A DNA stretch of 64,000 nucleotides, from positions 1 through 64,000 of IMG/VR virus record IMGVR_UViG_2595698834_000001; one strand, given 5' to 3'. Under the pieces are notes generated by a model that did no database searches, was not told where the DNA came from, and was given only the letters and a program-made list of their open reading frames with translations. The DNA is from a virus (lineage: Duplodnaviria > Caudoviricetes). Positions 16,430 to 25,912 of this stretch are shown piece by piece. A program made the position numbers and the translations under genes. Each line of letters opens with the position of its first letter. The stretch's first letter is position 1.

Positions 16430-16537
16430 CTTTGTTACCTCCTTTGTTTTATTGTAACTTGAGTGTATCATATAGGTAGACATAAAGTCAACACCCGTAT
16501 ACAAAAAAAATAAGGCACCTGTAGGCACCTTATCTTC

Positions 16538-17014
16538 TTACATCATCTTGTGTACAATTAGCTCGTCTTCTGCGTATAGTCCTTCATCTCGTGACAGTTT
16601 ATAAGCAAATTTAGTAGGGTCTTCATTGTGTGCGTAGACCTCTTCTATGATCGCTGTGTCCTTACGTCCGTCCTTGCTCGTGTACAACACCGTATCGTTA
16701 ATGATAAACTTGTTGCCCTTGTTAAAGACATTAGAAGTAAACTGAAAACAGGTAAACAGTGACAGGTCGTTGACCCCTACGTTAAAGGTGACCCAGTACT
16801 TGCTATCTACCTCACTAGACGTAGTGTCGTAAGTAATCTGAGCAACCGTAAATTTCTTCTGCACGATTCTGACGAGAACGTTAGCTCCTTCGTTTCGTTC
16901 AAAATGCTTTATGAACAGTACTTCTCCGTCTAATAGTGCTTGTAGTTTACTTTGTAGAGTTTGGTACTCATTAAATGGGATGATCGTGTATTCGTTAGGG
17001 TCAATAACTGCCAT
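16538..17014 (-). CDS. conserved Herelleviridae-type protein with C-terminal SH3-like segment
   Basis: RBS; ORF track. Confidence 0.75.
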   Translation of the reverse strand: MAVIDPNEYTIIPFNEYQTLQSKLQALLDGEVLFIKHFERNEGANVLVRIVQKKFTVAQITYDTTSSEVDSKYWVTFNVGVNDLSLFTCFQFTSNVFNKGNKFIINDTVLYTSKDGRKDTAIIEEVYAHNEDPTKFAYKLSRDEGLYAEDELIVHKMM

Positions 17015-17028
17015 TTTAAACCTCTCCT

Positions 17029-17751
17029 TTAAATTCCTAGTCCGCTTTGATTGATAGCTTTGTTCAAACGTTTGTCTTCTTCGGTCAGGTCAAGGTTCTC
17101 ATAGAATTGTTGCTCCGCAGCGTCTAAGTCGATAAACAACTGGTCATGCTGATCTTCGGGAACGTATTTTGCAATGACTTCCATTAAAGCAGACTCCTTG
17201 GCGTGTTGTCTTAATCGAATCTCCCTAAGCCCTGCAATAGACATTCCACCTAGCTGGTTATTGGTGATCTTAGCCTTCAGCTCAAGAGCTTTCATTGCTA
17301 CAGGAATGTCAACGACATCAAAGTGCTTTAGTCCCTTCATTCCTTTTCGGATAACCTCGTCCAACATTTCAAGATCGTTATAAACCATATCTACTTTATC
17401 CATCTCATGTATTTGTGCGGGCGTGCCCTGCTGCGCACCAGAGTTATTTTTATGTGAAGTTCTTTCCTTGTCCGCTATATATGATACATTGTCTTTAGCT
17501 CTTTTGTCAAGAAGGGGCAAAAGAGGTTTTCCTGTTTCTATCGCTTCTTCTCTTTTCTTCTTGTAGTTGGTTAAAGAGGCTTTAGATATACTAAGATCGT
17601 TTTCCTTACAAAACTCAATAATGTAGTCATATGTCTGCCCCTCATCTAACATCATGTCTACCTTAGAGCGGAGCTTTCGATTGTTGTATAGCTGTACAAG
17701 TACAGAACTCGAACTGATGTTTTTCTTTTTACTATCTTTGTTATTCGTCAT
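17029..17751 (-). CDS. conserved HTH-containing protein
   Basis: LDEGQTYDYIIEFCKENDLSISKASLTNYKK, HTH-like. Confidence 0.75.
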   Translation of the reverse strand: MTNNKDSKKKNISSSSVLVQLYNNRKLRSKVDMMLDEGQTYDYIIEFCKENDLSISKASLTNYKKKREEAIETGKPLLPLLDKRAKDNVSYIADKERTSHKNNSGAQQGTPAQIHEMDKVDMVYNDLEMLDEVIRKGMKGLKHFDVVDIPVAMKALELKAKITNNQLGGMSIAGLREIRLRQHAKESALMEVIAKYVPEDQHDQLFIDLDAAEQQFYENLDLTEEDKRLNKAINQSGLGI

Positions 17752-18107
17752 TTACTATGTCAACCCTTTCGTTTCGGTGAGTATCTTAAATATGAATAAG
17801 TCCAATGTTTATGCGGTCTCTCCTCTAATATAGTAAATCATTCACAAATTTTTCGGTATTTCTTAAATTAGACAAAAAGTCCTACTAAGTAGTTGACATT
17901 AAGTCAACATTCGACAGACCGCTATGTTGAACGTAGGTTGATCGTTTAAGGTATACTCAACCGAGTTTGTTTAGTCTATATATCTATTATACACTAAGTT
18001 GTTAAAACTTTAGCTTATTGTACTTACTACAAAACGTAAAAAAAGAGAGCTTTTAGCCCTCTTTCGTGTTGTCTGCCTAGTTACATCTACCTACGTAGGC
18101 AAAGGTA

Positions 18108-18287
18108 CTACGACCTACTTCTCTTGTCAATAGACTGCTCTAGTATAGCTTGTACACGATCGTATTCTGGCTTAAGGTTTTCTTCTTCTTCTTCAAACTC
18201 CTTAAGACCTTTTACAAAATTCTCGTGTGCTTCTCTGAACTTGTGTTTATTAGCAGCTATTCTTAATTTGAGTTGGTCTCCGATCAG
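18108..18287 (-). CDS. 59-aa coiled-coil protein with a probable CTG start, absent from the ORF track
   Basis: RBS GGGAGGGG 6 nt before CTG; open to TAG at 18108, followed by a terminator. Confidence 0.55.
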   Translation of the reverse strand: MIGDQLKLRIAANKHKFREAHENFVKGLKEFEEEEENLKPEYDRVQAILEQSIDKRSRS

Positions 18288-18308
18288 AGTATACCCCTCC
18301 CCTAACGT

Positions 18309-18545
18309 TTAGAACTCATCTTCGATCACTAGCTCTAGTATATCTTCTAGTCTAGTTATATTCAAAGCGTCCATAATCTTCGATAGATGTGACTTGTTTA
18401 GCACTGTACGTCTGTTGTTAGCCATTTCAGAAATAGCAGCAGCTCGTAGCCCTGTCAAACTAGCTAACTCCTTCTGATCCATATCACGCTCTTCAAGCAC
18501 GTCTTTAATTTTCAAACGGAAGATATAAGTCCTCTTCATTTCCAC
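18309..18545 (-). CDS. Xre/Cro-C1 HTH transcriptional regulator
   Basis: LKIKDVLEERDMDQKELASLTGLRAAAISEMANN. Confidence 0.9.
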   Translation of the reverse strand: MEMKRTYIFRLKIKDVLEERDMDQKELASLTGLRAAAISEMANNRRTVLNKSHLSKIMDALNITRLEDILELVIEDEF

Positions 18546-18559
18546 ATTCCACCCTTCAG

Positions 18560-18850
18560 CTAGTAGCTGAGCTGCTTGAGTGTTCTTACTTCGTTAGCTT
18601 GTTCAACAATTAGTTTGTCGCATTCACGATCAGCCATTACTTGCAAAGATAAACAATTTATAATCTTTCCATAAATGTTCAGTCTGTATGGTATGTTAAT
18701 CCCATGTCTGCGAACCCACTCTTTATTGATAGTAACATCATGCAGCCCGGAAACCATCTGAAGAAGTTCCGAATCTGTTAAATTCTTTACACCTTTAGAT
18801 GGTTTCTCCTCTAATATAGGAGAAAAGGCGTGTTTTTCGAAATTTCGCAT
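18560..18850 (-). CDS. hypothetical protein
   Basis: TGATG overlap with the upstream gene. Confidence 0.6.
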   Translation of the reverse strand: MRNFEKHAFSPILEEKPSKGVKNLTDSELLQMVSGLHDVTINKEWVRRHGINIPYRLNIYGKIINCLSLQVMADRECDKLIVEQANEVRTLKQLSY

Positions 18851-19881
18851 CAAGATTCTCCGAGGTGCGCTTTGGCGACGTGGTAGCATGGTACATGTAC
18901 CCTCCCAATCTCCTCTAATGAGGACGACATGACAGGGACTAACGCACAGACTCGGTGATACCTTAAGCTCTCACAAACCCTATCAGGTTCTTTGGCATAC
19001 ACTGTGACAGTTTTATCTCTATAGTCAGTTGCTAGGTAGCGCATTGTATTTACCTGTCCCGGCTTAAGTTCGTAACTGTCCTCAAATCGGATATCTTCAG
19101 AGAGCACATCTTCCCGATTAACAAGCACCCAGTTGCCTTCTTCGAACCTTTTAAACTCGCTAAGAGGAACACGACAAGTAATTTCTGCAAAGATAAATCC
19201 GTTAGACACCAATTCTTCTTCTTTGGACCCATACCCTAACGTTGCTACTAAAGAAACTAAACTAGGGTACACATCAAATCTTGGAAAGGAGTTAATATCT
19301 GTGAATGGTTCTTCACTATTAGCGTACACAATGCCCTTTATTTCTCGGTATTCTTGTACCTCGTCGTCACCTCTGCTCGTAGTTTTGTCTACTTCTACCA
19401 CGGCTCTAGCAAATTGCTCGTCAATGCTAGACAGTTCCTCTTGATCAACCACTCCAACACGCTCTATTGCTGAAATATCATAAGGGTGGAGCTCACCTTC
19501 GACAAAAGTAAGGTTGTCAGACTTATCTCGGTGGAGAGGTTTCCGGTTTGGGTTTGAGTGCCCTATTAGGAACTCTAAAATATTCTTTGTTTTTCCTATT
19601 GGTGCCCAATAAAGAACTCTACCATCCCATAGTGTAAGTCTTACTTTCTCTTCTTCTTCCTGCTCATCGTCAAAATAAGACAGCTCCACTGGAGGCTCCT
19701 CGATATACTCCATTGCTGCGATCTCGCTGATACGTACGCCACCTTCCTTAAAATTAAGGATAGCAGTTTCAACCTGAGTACGGGACATCCAGTTCCATAG
19801 TCCTAAGATGTTCTTTGTTTTATTTTTCGGGGTCCACTCAAGGGCTCCACCGCCTCTTAGTGTAATTTTTACTTTTTTCAT
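18850..19881 (-). CDS. hypothetical protein with a duplicated N-terminal module
   Basis: KV..TL..G..L.W.P..KTKNIL occurs twice. Confidence 0.75.
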   Translation of the reverse strand: MKKVKITLRGGGALEWTPKNKTKNILGLWNWMSRTQVETAILNFKEGGVRISEIAAMEYIEEPPVELSYFDDEQEEEEKVRLTLWDGRVLYWAPIGKTKNILEFLIGHSNPNRKPLHRDKSDNLTFVEGELHPYDISAIERVGVVDQEELSSIDEQFARAVVEVDKTTSRGDDEVQEYREIKGIVYANSEEPFTDINSFPRFDVYPSLVSLVATLGYGSKEEELVSNGFIFAEITCRVPLSEFKRFEEGNWVLVNREDVLSEDIRFEDSYELKPGQVNTMRYLATDYRDKTVTVYAKEPDRVCESLRYHRVCALVPVMSSSLEEIGRVHVPCYHVAKAHLGES

Positions 19882-19882
19882 G

Positions 19883-20161
19883 TTACTTACTCTCCTTTAG
19901 ATACTCATTTTTGTTGATATAAGTTGCTCGGTACTCCGGATCGATTAAATGAGAGTGGACATTGTCATTTAACCATTGTTGCGCCTCTTCCTCACTGAAA
20001 AACTTGAGGTGATATCCGTCTTCGTCTGTAAAGAATAGATTCTCTTTGTAATCATACTCGTCAAACCACTGAACACATACGACAGTTAACTGACCTGTAT
20101 CTTTAACTTTGTAAATCTTATAGAAAACATCGTCTCCGTCAAAATCGTCCGTGTATAGCAT
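19883..20161 (-). CDS. acidic hypothetical protein
   Basis: RBS AAGGAGG. Confidence 0.7.
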   Translation of the reverse strand: MLYTDDFDGDDVFYKIYKVKDTGQLTVVCVQWFDEYDYKENLFFTDEDGYHLKFFSEEEAQQWLNDNVHSHLIDPEYRATYINKNEYLKESK

Positions 20162-20199
20162 AATAATTCCTCCTTCATTTTTATCCTTCTCCTTGTAAG

Positions 20200-20397
20200 T
20201 TATGCTACGTTATGACCACATTCGTAGCAGTAGATAGGTTCAAAATAGTTAGTGACATTCGTAACATCAGCATCTATAATTTCGTTATGCTTCTTGCCTT
20301 GCTTGTTGTCGATTAGTTGTATTGCCATTACAGACACCTCGTTGTAAAAATAACGTTTATTTCCACAATTTTCACAGTAATATACCTCATCTGACAT
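20200..20397 (-). CDS. zinc-ribbon protein
   Basis: CENCG...CYECG. Confidence 0.75.
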   Translation of the reverse strand: MSDEVYYCENCGNKRYFYNEVSVMAIQLIDNKQGKKHNEIIDADVTNVTNYFEPIYCYECGHNVA

Positions 20398-20413
20398 AAT
20401 AATTCCTCCTTTT

Positions 20414-20620
20414 TTAACTGGCTCTCTTACGAATCAGATACCCATTTGAAGTACTACTCCGTATTTCCCGGTCGTTCTCGTACAGCCAAACCTGTATGGG
20501 GTTCTTTCCGTGGTTTCTTAATACCTCTTCCGTCTCCCAGCAATGAAACCACTTACCCTCTGTGTAGTCTGTTAAGCCTTTTTGATCAGTCCAAACTACT
20601 ATAATCTTCCCTCTGTTCAA
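20414..20620 (-). CDS. hypothetical protein
   Basis: RBS GGAGGTG. Confidence 0.65.
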   Translation of the reverse strand: MNRGKIIVVWTDQKGLTDYTEGKWFHCWETEEVLRNHGKNPIQVWLYENDREIRSSTSNGYLIRKRAS

Positions 20621-20652
20621 CTATACGCACCTCCGTCGACTGTTTTTCAATC

Positions 20653-20910
20653 CTATAGACTCATAAAGTGAAGGTTAGCTGTGATTAAAGCGTCAAATAG
20701 CTCGATTTCCTCCTTGGTTGCTTTACGAAGGTAAAGATCATCTCCCGTTTCTTGGTTATACCTCCTGATGTACCCTTCTCCGTCGATACGGGTGTTAGCT
20801 CCAAACAACTCAGTTAACTCTATCCCTAAAACAATAGCAGTCTCAGAGGAGCTAATTTTTTTCTTAGTCGTTAAATTCTCCCAAACTTTAAACTGTTTCA
20901 TCGGTACCAT
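20653..20910 (-). CDS. hypothetical protein
   Basis: ORF behind a promoter. Confidence 0.65.
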   Translation of the reverse strand: MVPMKQFKVWENLTTKKKISSSETAIVLGIELTELFGANTRIDGEGYIRRYNQETGDDLYLRKATKEEIELFDALITANLHFMSL

Positions 20911-20991
20911 CCTCTCTGTAAGTTACAGACTAAATATAACCTCTGTACACAGTATAAAAGAGGTTGACATATAAGTCAACCCCTTTTCGAA

Positions 20992-23220
20992 TTAAATATT
21001 CCATTTTTTTAACTCTTCTTCTGAAGCGACTAATTCGTAGCCTTTTGACCGATCTTTATGCTTGATCAGCCACCCTTCCTCGACAAGGTTGCTCATTAAG
21101 TCCTTCATCTTTGTTGTCTTTACTCCAAGCTCTTTCCGCAGCGGCTCCACTCGTGTCTCCTTAGAAGCTGCTATTACCTTCTTAAGCCTGCTGATATCGT
21201 CATCTGTGTCGTGAGCTACTTCTTCCATGACCTCAACCTCTTCGACGGTCACTGATTCAGGAGGACTGTCAAAAGTACTGCCATAGTACTCTGCCAATCT
21301 CTTATACACGTTTTCCTCCTCAGTCTCGTCTAAGCTGATCATTGCACTTTGAAATCTTTGAAACTCTTTAGGATACCCTTCAATCCTCATGACACCATCG
21401 CCTCTACCCAGCAGCTTTAGCCCACCTAACCCTTGACCGAACACAGTCGTGTAGTTTTTATTGTTGTTTAAGTTAAAGCTGATGGCATTCGGAATGTTAG
21501 CCTTGATACGTCCGCTCACGATATCTGCGCTTGGTCTCTGTGTCGTAATAATCAGGTGTATACCTGCTGCCCGTGCTTTTTGTCCTAACCGCCCTATATA
21601 TTCCTCTACATCGGAACAAACATCCATGAGCTCGGCGTACTCTTCAATTACACATACGATATAAGGCATAGGTTCACTCATCTTGGTGTTATACAGTGTA
21701 ATGTTCTTTACTCCGTTCTCCCTGAAAAGGGTGTACCTGCGTTCCATTTCCTTGACTAATCCGTGCAAAGCCCCTCCAGCTAACCGCATATCAACAATAA
21801 CATCATCTACGTGAGGGAAGTGTCTGTATTGATCTAACTCGACCTGTTTTGGGTCAATCATAACAAACCTAAGAAGGTCGGGAGTATACCCTGTCAGTAA
21901 GGAAACGATAATAGTATTAAGGAACACTGACTTACCGCTCCCCGTAGCTCCTGCAATAAGCAGATGCACAAGTTTCGTAAGTGACAAGTATAATGGATTG
22001 TTCACTTCATCTACACCAACTACAAACGGCAGCGCATTCTCTTTAGCAAACTCTTGATACTCTGCCATCTCTAACAGCTCCCGTAAGCTGATAGCGCTCT
22101 GTTTATTCGTTGGAAGAATAAACCTGACCGTGTCCGGGGTATCGCCTTGCTCAACACCTAGAGATGGAACGCCTATAGCTGCCTGAATATCCTTGGCTTT
22201 AGCTGTAATGTGGGTTAGGTTCTTATTTTTTGGGATGTCTATTTGAATAACGACAAGTCTTATGCCAGCAGTCACAGACTCATTGTATACCCTTGCCTTG
22301 TCAATTATACCTACCCGCTTCAGTGCCTCTGCAAGGTTACTGACAAGCCCTTCCTCTACTTTACTTTCTTCCCGTTCATATGTCGGCAGCAGTTGAATAA
22401 TTTCTGTAGTTTCTCTTACTGGCTGGACTACAGGAGAGCCGCTTATCACTCCGCCCATGAGTGACAGTATCTCCTGAGTGCTTAAAATCTGATCTGCGTT
22501 CTCTGCTGTCATTCTACAGTCACGATAGTACTCTGTGAAGTGCTTTGCTCTTGTTCTCTGTAACCGAAGTGCGTTATACGCATCGTAACGTTCTAGAAAG
22601 GTACTGATTCGATTCTCCAAGTAGTGAGGGTTTAGGGACTGGATAGCTAAACGCAACTGAAACTGGTAACCGGTGTCTTGCAGCTTATCCTCGACTTCGT
22701 CTATATAAGGGTTCTCCTCTATAGGGGATAGTCTTTCGAGCATCCCTAACACTTTATCTTGGAGGGCTCTCCCGAATCGGTAACTCGATGGAGACTCATT
22801 CCCATTCAAATAGCTCTCATACATGTCGATCGCTTGAGTCTTCCAGTGAGCTCTTCTTCGGAACAGCCACTGCATAGACACCTTTTCACCCTCTGCCAGT
22901 GAGAGGTCTGCGAGATCATCCAGTAATTGACCCTTCATGCCCTCATACAGCGGCATAAACAACGGTCGGGATAAATAGCCCTCATACGCCGTAAACGTCT
23001 CGTACGGGCATTCTCGAGTTAATACAGCGTTCCTGTCTTGCATCCGTATAAAGGGGGGCGCAATAGTAAGGACATCCAATGCACCGCTGCCTAACACCAA
23101 CTCAACTCCAAATATCGACTCTCCTGCTTTTTGAACAAGATCAGCGAGTTCACTACCAAGATCAGTGCTATGCGAGAAGTAGTTAGACAAGTTCTGATAG
23201 TCTGAATTAATTCCGAACAT
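20992..23220 (-). CDS. FtsK/SpoIIIE-family DNA translocase ATPase
   Basis: HLLIAGATGSGKS (Walker A), MIDPKQVEL, VIEEYAELM (Walker B variant), RAAGIHLIITTQRP, LLGRGDG; C-terminal wHTH; no N-terminal TM helices. Confidence 0.95.
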   Translation of the reverse strand: MFGINSDYQNLSNYFSHSTDLGSELADLVQKAGESIFGVELVLGSGALDVLTIAPPFIRMQDRNAVLTRECPYETFTAYEGYLSRPLFMPLYEGMKGQLLDDLADLSLAEGEKVSMQWLFRRRAHWKTQAIDMYESYLNGNESPSSYRFGRALQDKVLGMLERLSPIEENPYIDEVEDKLQDTGYQFQLRLAIQSLNPHYLENRISTFLERYDAYNALRLQRTRAKHFTEYYRDCRMTAENADQILSTQEILSLMGGVISGSPVVQPVRETTEIIQLLPTYEREESKVEEGLVSNLAEALKRVGIIDKARVYNESVTAGIRLVVIQIDIPKNKNLTHITAKAKDIQAAIGVPSLGVEQGDTPDTVRFILPTNKQSAISLRELLEMAEYQEFAKENALPFVVGVDEVNNPLYLSLTKLVHLLIAGATGSGKSVFLNTIIVSLLTGYTPDLLRFVMIDPKQVELDQYRHFPHVDDVIVDMRLAGGALHGLVKEMERRYTLFRENGVKNITLYNTKMSEPMPYIVCVIEEYAELMDVCSDVEEYIGRLGQKARAAGIHLIITTQRPSADIVSGRIKANIPNAISFNLNNNKNYTTVFGQGLGGLKLLGRGDGVMRIEGYPKEFQRFQSAMISLDETEEENVYKRLAEYYGSTFDSPPESVTVEEVEVMEEVAHDTDDDISRLKKVIAASKETRVEPLRKELGVKTTKMKDLMSNLVEEGWLIKHKDRSKGYELVASEEELKKWNI

Positions 23221-23326
23221 TACCTTTCAACTCCTTCATGATAATACACGAATGGACGGTTGTCACTGCTGAGTTCAACAAAAGCATACTAAGGTTGAGG
23301 ATCAATATAGATGTAGCTGTTGTCAT
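23207..23326 (-). CDS. 39-aa hydrophobic peptide coupled to the FtsK gene, absent from the ORF track
   Basis: RBS AGGAGGAG; MTTATSILILNLSMLLLNSAVTTVHSCIIMKELKGNVRN. Confidence 0.6.
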   Translation of the reverse strand: MTTATSILILNLSMLLLNSAVTTVHSCIIMKELKGNVRN

Positions 23327-23339
23327 TTATAACTCCTCC

Positions 23340-24482
23340 TTACTTTTTAATCTTGTCAAGTACTCGTTTACCAACTTTTTTAACCGCCGAATGAGGTCGA
23401 GTAGCAATATCAATTGTGTCTTTTACGTTACGGATCACCTTATTTTTGGTTGCGATGGCTCCCCCGTACACCTCATCAAAACCTCCACCAGTATCGAGGT
23501 ACTTTTGTATCATTCTCGGTGGGTTACTCATACGAGCAAACCCTCCAATTACGACAAGCAGTTTGACAATGAGTCCAGTAAACTGCGTAGGTGTTGGGAC
23601 ACCGAAGATAAACCAGCCAAGGATAAGTAAGAATAGTGCATAGTATATTTGAACAAGGGAGAGCTGCTTCAGGTTAGCCCACCATTGGTTAAAATGATGT
23701 CGGTATGGATCAAAAATCCACGCAGTCATTGCTATCGGGGCAGTTACACCTAGTACCATGAGGTCAAAGAACCGTCTCCCGTTCTTCCATAGGACAGGTA
23801 CAATAGATGATATAAGGACAACATCGAAAATAGCTAAGGCTATTACATCAAACCCGCTAATTTTCGACGGAACAGCTACGGAGCTCATCGTATCTGCGCC
23901 CGCAGCTACTAACAAATCAGACACCCAGTTCAATAGCTGGAATGATTTTTGAAAAACAAATGGCACTGCTGTTGTGAGTCCAGCAACAACAACCCACCTC
24001 TTCAGGATCGTTTTCATCTCCATAGGGGAATTTCTTTTACGCTTATTATTAGGCAGCATCTGTTTAATCGACTCGATAACTGTTAGGACGGAGACAAGCC
24101 CTATAGAGAGCAAGCTGAACATGTATGTTGTGTTCTCGAACCACTCGTTATTAAAAATCCATAAAGGTGTTTTTAAGATCAAGGTAGCAGATAAGTCATA
24201 CAGCCAAGCCATAAGGTTCACAGATAGCACAGCAATATGGTGTGGAAGGTCTTGCATCCAAGTATTAATAAAATCTATACGCTCATTCAGCTTAGCAATA
24301 CTGTCCGCAACCGCACTTATCGGGTTAGATCCTCCTCGGAATTTAGACAAGATTAAATCAGCAGGAGCTTTAATGTCTGAAGATGTTGTTGCTGCTAACG
24401 CCTTAGACGAAGCTCCTGAGATGAACGACGATGAAACAATAGCAAACGGAATAACAGCTGCTTTTAAAATAGTCCGTTTAAT
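23340..24482 (-). CDS. polytopic membrane protein, TrbL/VirB6-like (start uncertain)
   Basis: Signal-like (I)KRTILKAAV..ALA, several TM segments, and RRFFDLMVLGVTAPIAMTAW..F..WW..L..LSLVQ resembling Gram-positive VirB6-type proteins. Confidence 0.65.
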   Translation of the reverse strand: MKRTILKAAVIPFAIVSSSFISGASSKALAATTSSDIKAPADLILSKFRGGSNPISAVADSIAKLNERIDFINTWMQDLPHHIAVLSVNLMAWLYDLSATLILKTPLWIFNNEWFENTTYMFSLLSIGLVSVLTVIESIKQMLPNNKRKRNSPMEMKTILKRWVVVAGLTTAVPFVFQKSFQLLNWVSDLLVAAGADTMSSVAVPSKISGFDVIALAIFDVVLISSIVPVLWKNGRRFFDLMVLGVTAPIAMTAWIFDPYRHHFNQWWANLKQLSLVQIYYALFLLILGWFIFGVPTPTQFTGLIVKLLVVIGGFARMSNPPRMIQKYLDTGGGFDEVYGGAIATKNKVIRNVKDTIDIATRPHSAVKKVGKRVLDKIKK

Positions 24483-25012
24483 ACGGGTAAGTTCTTGAAG
24501 ACCATTTGAGCGAGATAAAAGAGAAGGTACACTGTAGGCACCGCTATCAAGACCTGCACTAAACCCTTTATCACGTCTGTTGACCATTCGGTTGCCATTT
24601 CCCTTTTTCTGAACATTCTGTAGATTCCTGCAATTGACAGCATTACCATGCTCAGAGACACACCCAACGCCACGGATATTAATGCGAGGTTTAGTCCCCA
24701 TGTCATGACGAGTGCTGGTGTTATTGCTGCGGCACCTGCTGGTGGTGTTGTGACTGCTGTGGTGGTTGCCATAGCTTTTGGAGAAGTTTTCATTGCTATG
24801 GCTCCCACTACTGCGAACCCTCGGATAAGTTTCTTTAGCTTCTTGGCGTTTCGTGCCTGCTGCTTTCGGCTCCCAGTTAGTACCTCCTTTCTTAGATTTT
24901 CCGCTAGAAAAAGCACCTTCTCTTCCTTAGACTTTCCAATCGTTACCTTTTGCGGGCTCGAATAATTAACCAACGGGTCAGATTTTGCGGCGGAGATCGT
25001 TAAGTTTATCAC
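24464..25012 (-). CDS. membrane protein with a C-terminal VirB2/TrbC pilin-like hairpin
   Basis: GTG 25012 with RBS GAGGAGGAG; internal signal-like segment, then two hydrophobic helices around AGIYRMF..A.EW..VIKG. Confidence 0.6.
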   Translation of the reverse strand: MINLTISAAKSDPLVNYSSPQKVTIGKSKEEKVLFLAENLRKEVLTGSRKQQARNAKKLKKLIRGFAVVGAIAMKTSPKAMATTTAVTTPPAGAAAITPALVMTWGLNLALISVALGVSLSMVMLSIAGIYRMFRKREMATEWSTDVIKGLVQVLIAVPTVYLLFYLAQMVFKNLPVLNGLF

Positions 25013-25178
25013 TGTGCACTCCTCCTCTCTCACGGTCTCTTGTCACTGCTCTTTCACTTCTGCTCCTCTCCTTCAGGCTAGGTTCCCACGTATTAAAGAA
25101 TTTCAATGCAGACATAATTCCAGTTCCCGCAGCACATATAATTCCTATTGATCCAGCAGCTAAAATGATACTAGTCAA
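24978..25178 (-). CDS. small membrane-anchored protein
   Basis: TTG 25178 with RBS GAGGAG; hydrophobic N-terminus, charged tail. Confidence 0.6.
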   Translation of the reverse strand: MTSIILAAGSIGIICAAGTGIMSALKFFNTWEPSLKERSRSERAVTRDRERGGVHSDKLNDLRRKI

Positions 25179-25196
25179 TTTTACCAACTCCTCAGT

Positions 25197-25226
25197 GTAT
25201 TTTATTTATCTGGTTGGTACATACTA
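25197..25226 (+). promoter_or_regulatory. sigmaG-type (forespore) promoter GTATT-N18-CATACTA
   Basis: Close match to the B. subtilis sigmaG consensus GHATR-N17/18-CATWHTA. Confidence 0.6.
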
Positions 25227-25250
25227 TCCCTAACGAAAGGAGGGGTATCT

Positions 25251-25415
25251 ATGTTGTTCTTCGATAGTAAGCCTGAGACTAGGTACGAGCGGCAGTTAGA
25301 GAACGTTGACGAATACGTTCTACACACGATCCAAGACAAACACAACATCAACATAACCAAGAAGCAGCTGTCGACAATACTAGGTGTGCTTTGGGAATAT
25401 CGGGTAATAGAGTAA
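25251..25415 (+). CDS. 54-aa protein on the opposite strand, absent from the ORF track
   Basis: RBS AAAGGAGGGG; MLFFDSKPETRYERQLENVDEYVLHTIQDKHNINITKKQLSTILGVLWEYRVIE. Confidence 0.65.
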   Translation: MLFFDSKPETRYERQLENVDEYVLHTIQDKHNINITKKQLSTILGVLWEYRVIE

Positions 25416-25896
25416 CGATGTGTAGGAGCATACTCGACAACGCTTCAGTAAACTGTTGCATAGCTCCATTGAAGATATCTGCCACGTTCATTTGCGTGAA
25501 TGCTACCTCTCTAAGTTCGTTCATTTTCTGTACCGTAGGCACATACGCAGACGGGTCAGCAAATTCCCCACCCACCTTCACGCCAAAGTGAAGGTGAGCT
25601 CCAGTTGAAGCACCTGTATTTCCTGAATGACCAAGTAAGTCTCCAACTTTAACCTGCTGCCCGTTGTTTACTGCAAAATCCTTTAGATGACCATAAATAA
25701 ATGTCTTCCCGTCGGCGGTGTCAATGAACACCGTTTTTCCTGCGTTCACATTCCCGTAGTCCTTGATTCTAATAACCCCTTCAGCAACTGCTTTTAAATC
25801 AGTGCCCTCTTCCATGGCAAAATCAATACCTTTATGAGCACCTTCTCGAAAGGATTCCGTTGCATGAAATTGTGAGGTGATTTTGTAGTTTCCCAT
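25348..25896 (-). CDS. M23 (LytM) metalloendopeptidase
   Basis: HKGIDF, YGHL and STGAHLHF motifs; hydrophobic C-terminal tail. Confidence 0.92.
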   Translation of the reverse strand: MGNYKITSQFHATESFREGAHKGIDFAMEEGTDLKAVAEGVIRIKDYGNVNAGKTVFIDTADGKTFIYGHLKDFAVNNGQQVKVGDLLGHSGNTGASTGAHLHFGVKVGGEFADPSAYVPTVQKMNELREVAFTQMNVADIFNGAMQQFTEALSSMLLHIVTLLPDIPKAHLVLSTAASWLC

Positions 25897-25912
25897 ACCT
25901 GTTTTAACCCCC

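Noticed and set aside
23238-25233. Plus-strand ORFs from the track (for example 23974-24498, 24648-24965) and other antisense ORFs across the window
   Set aside because: They lack an RBS and shadow well-supported minus-strand genes.
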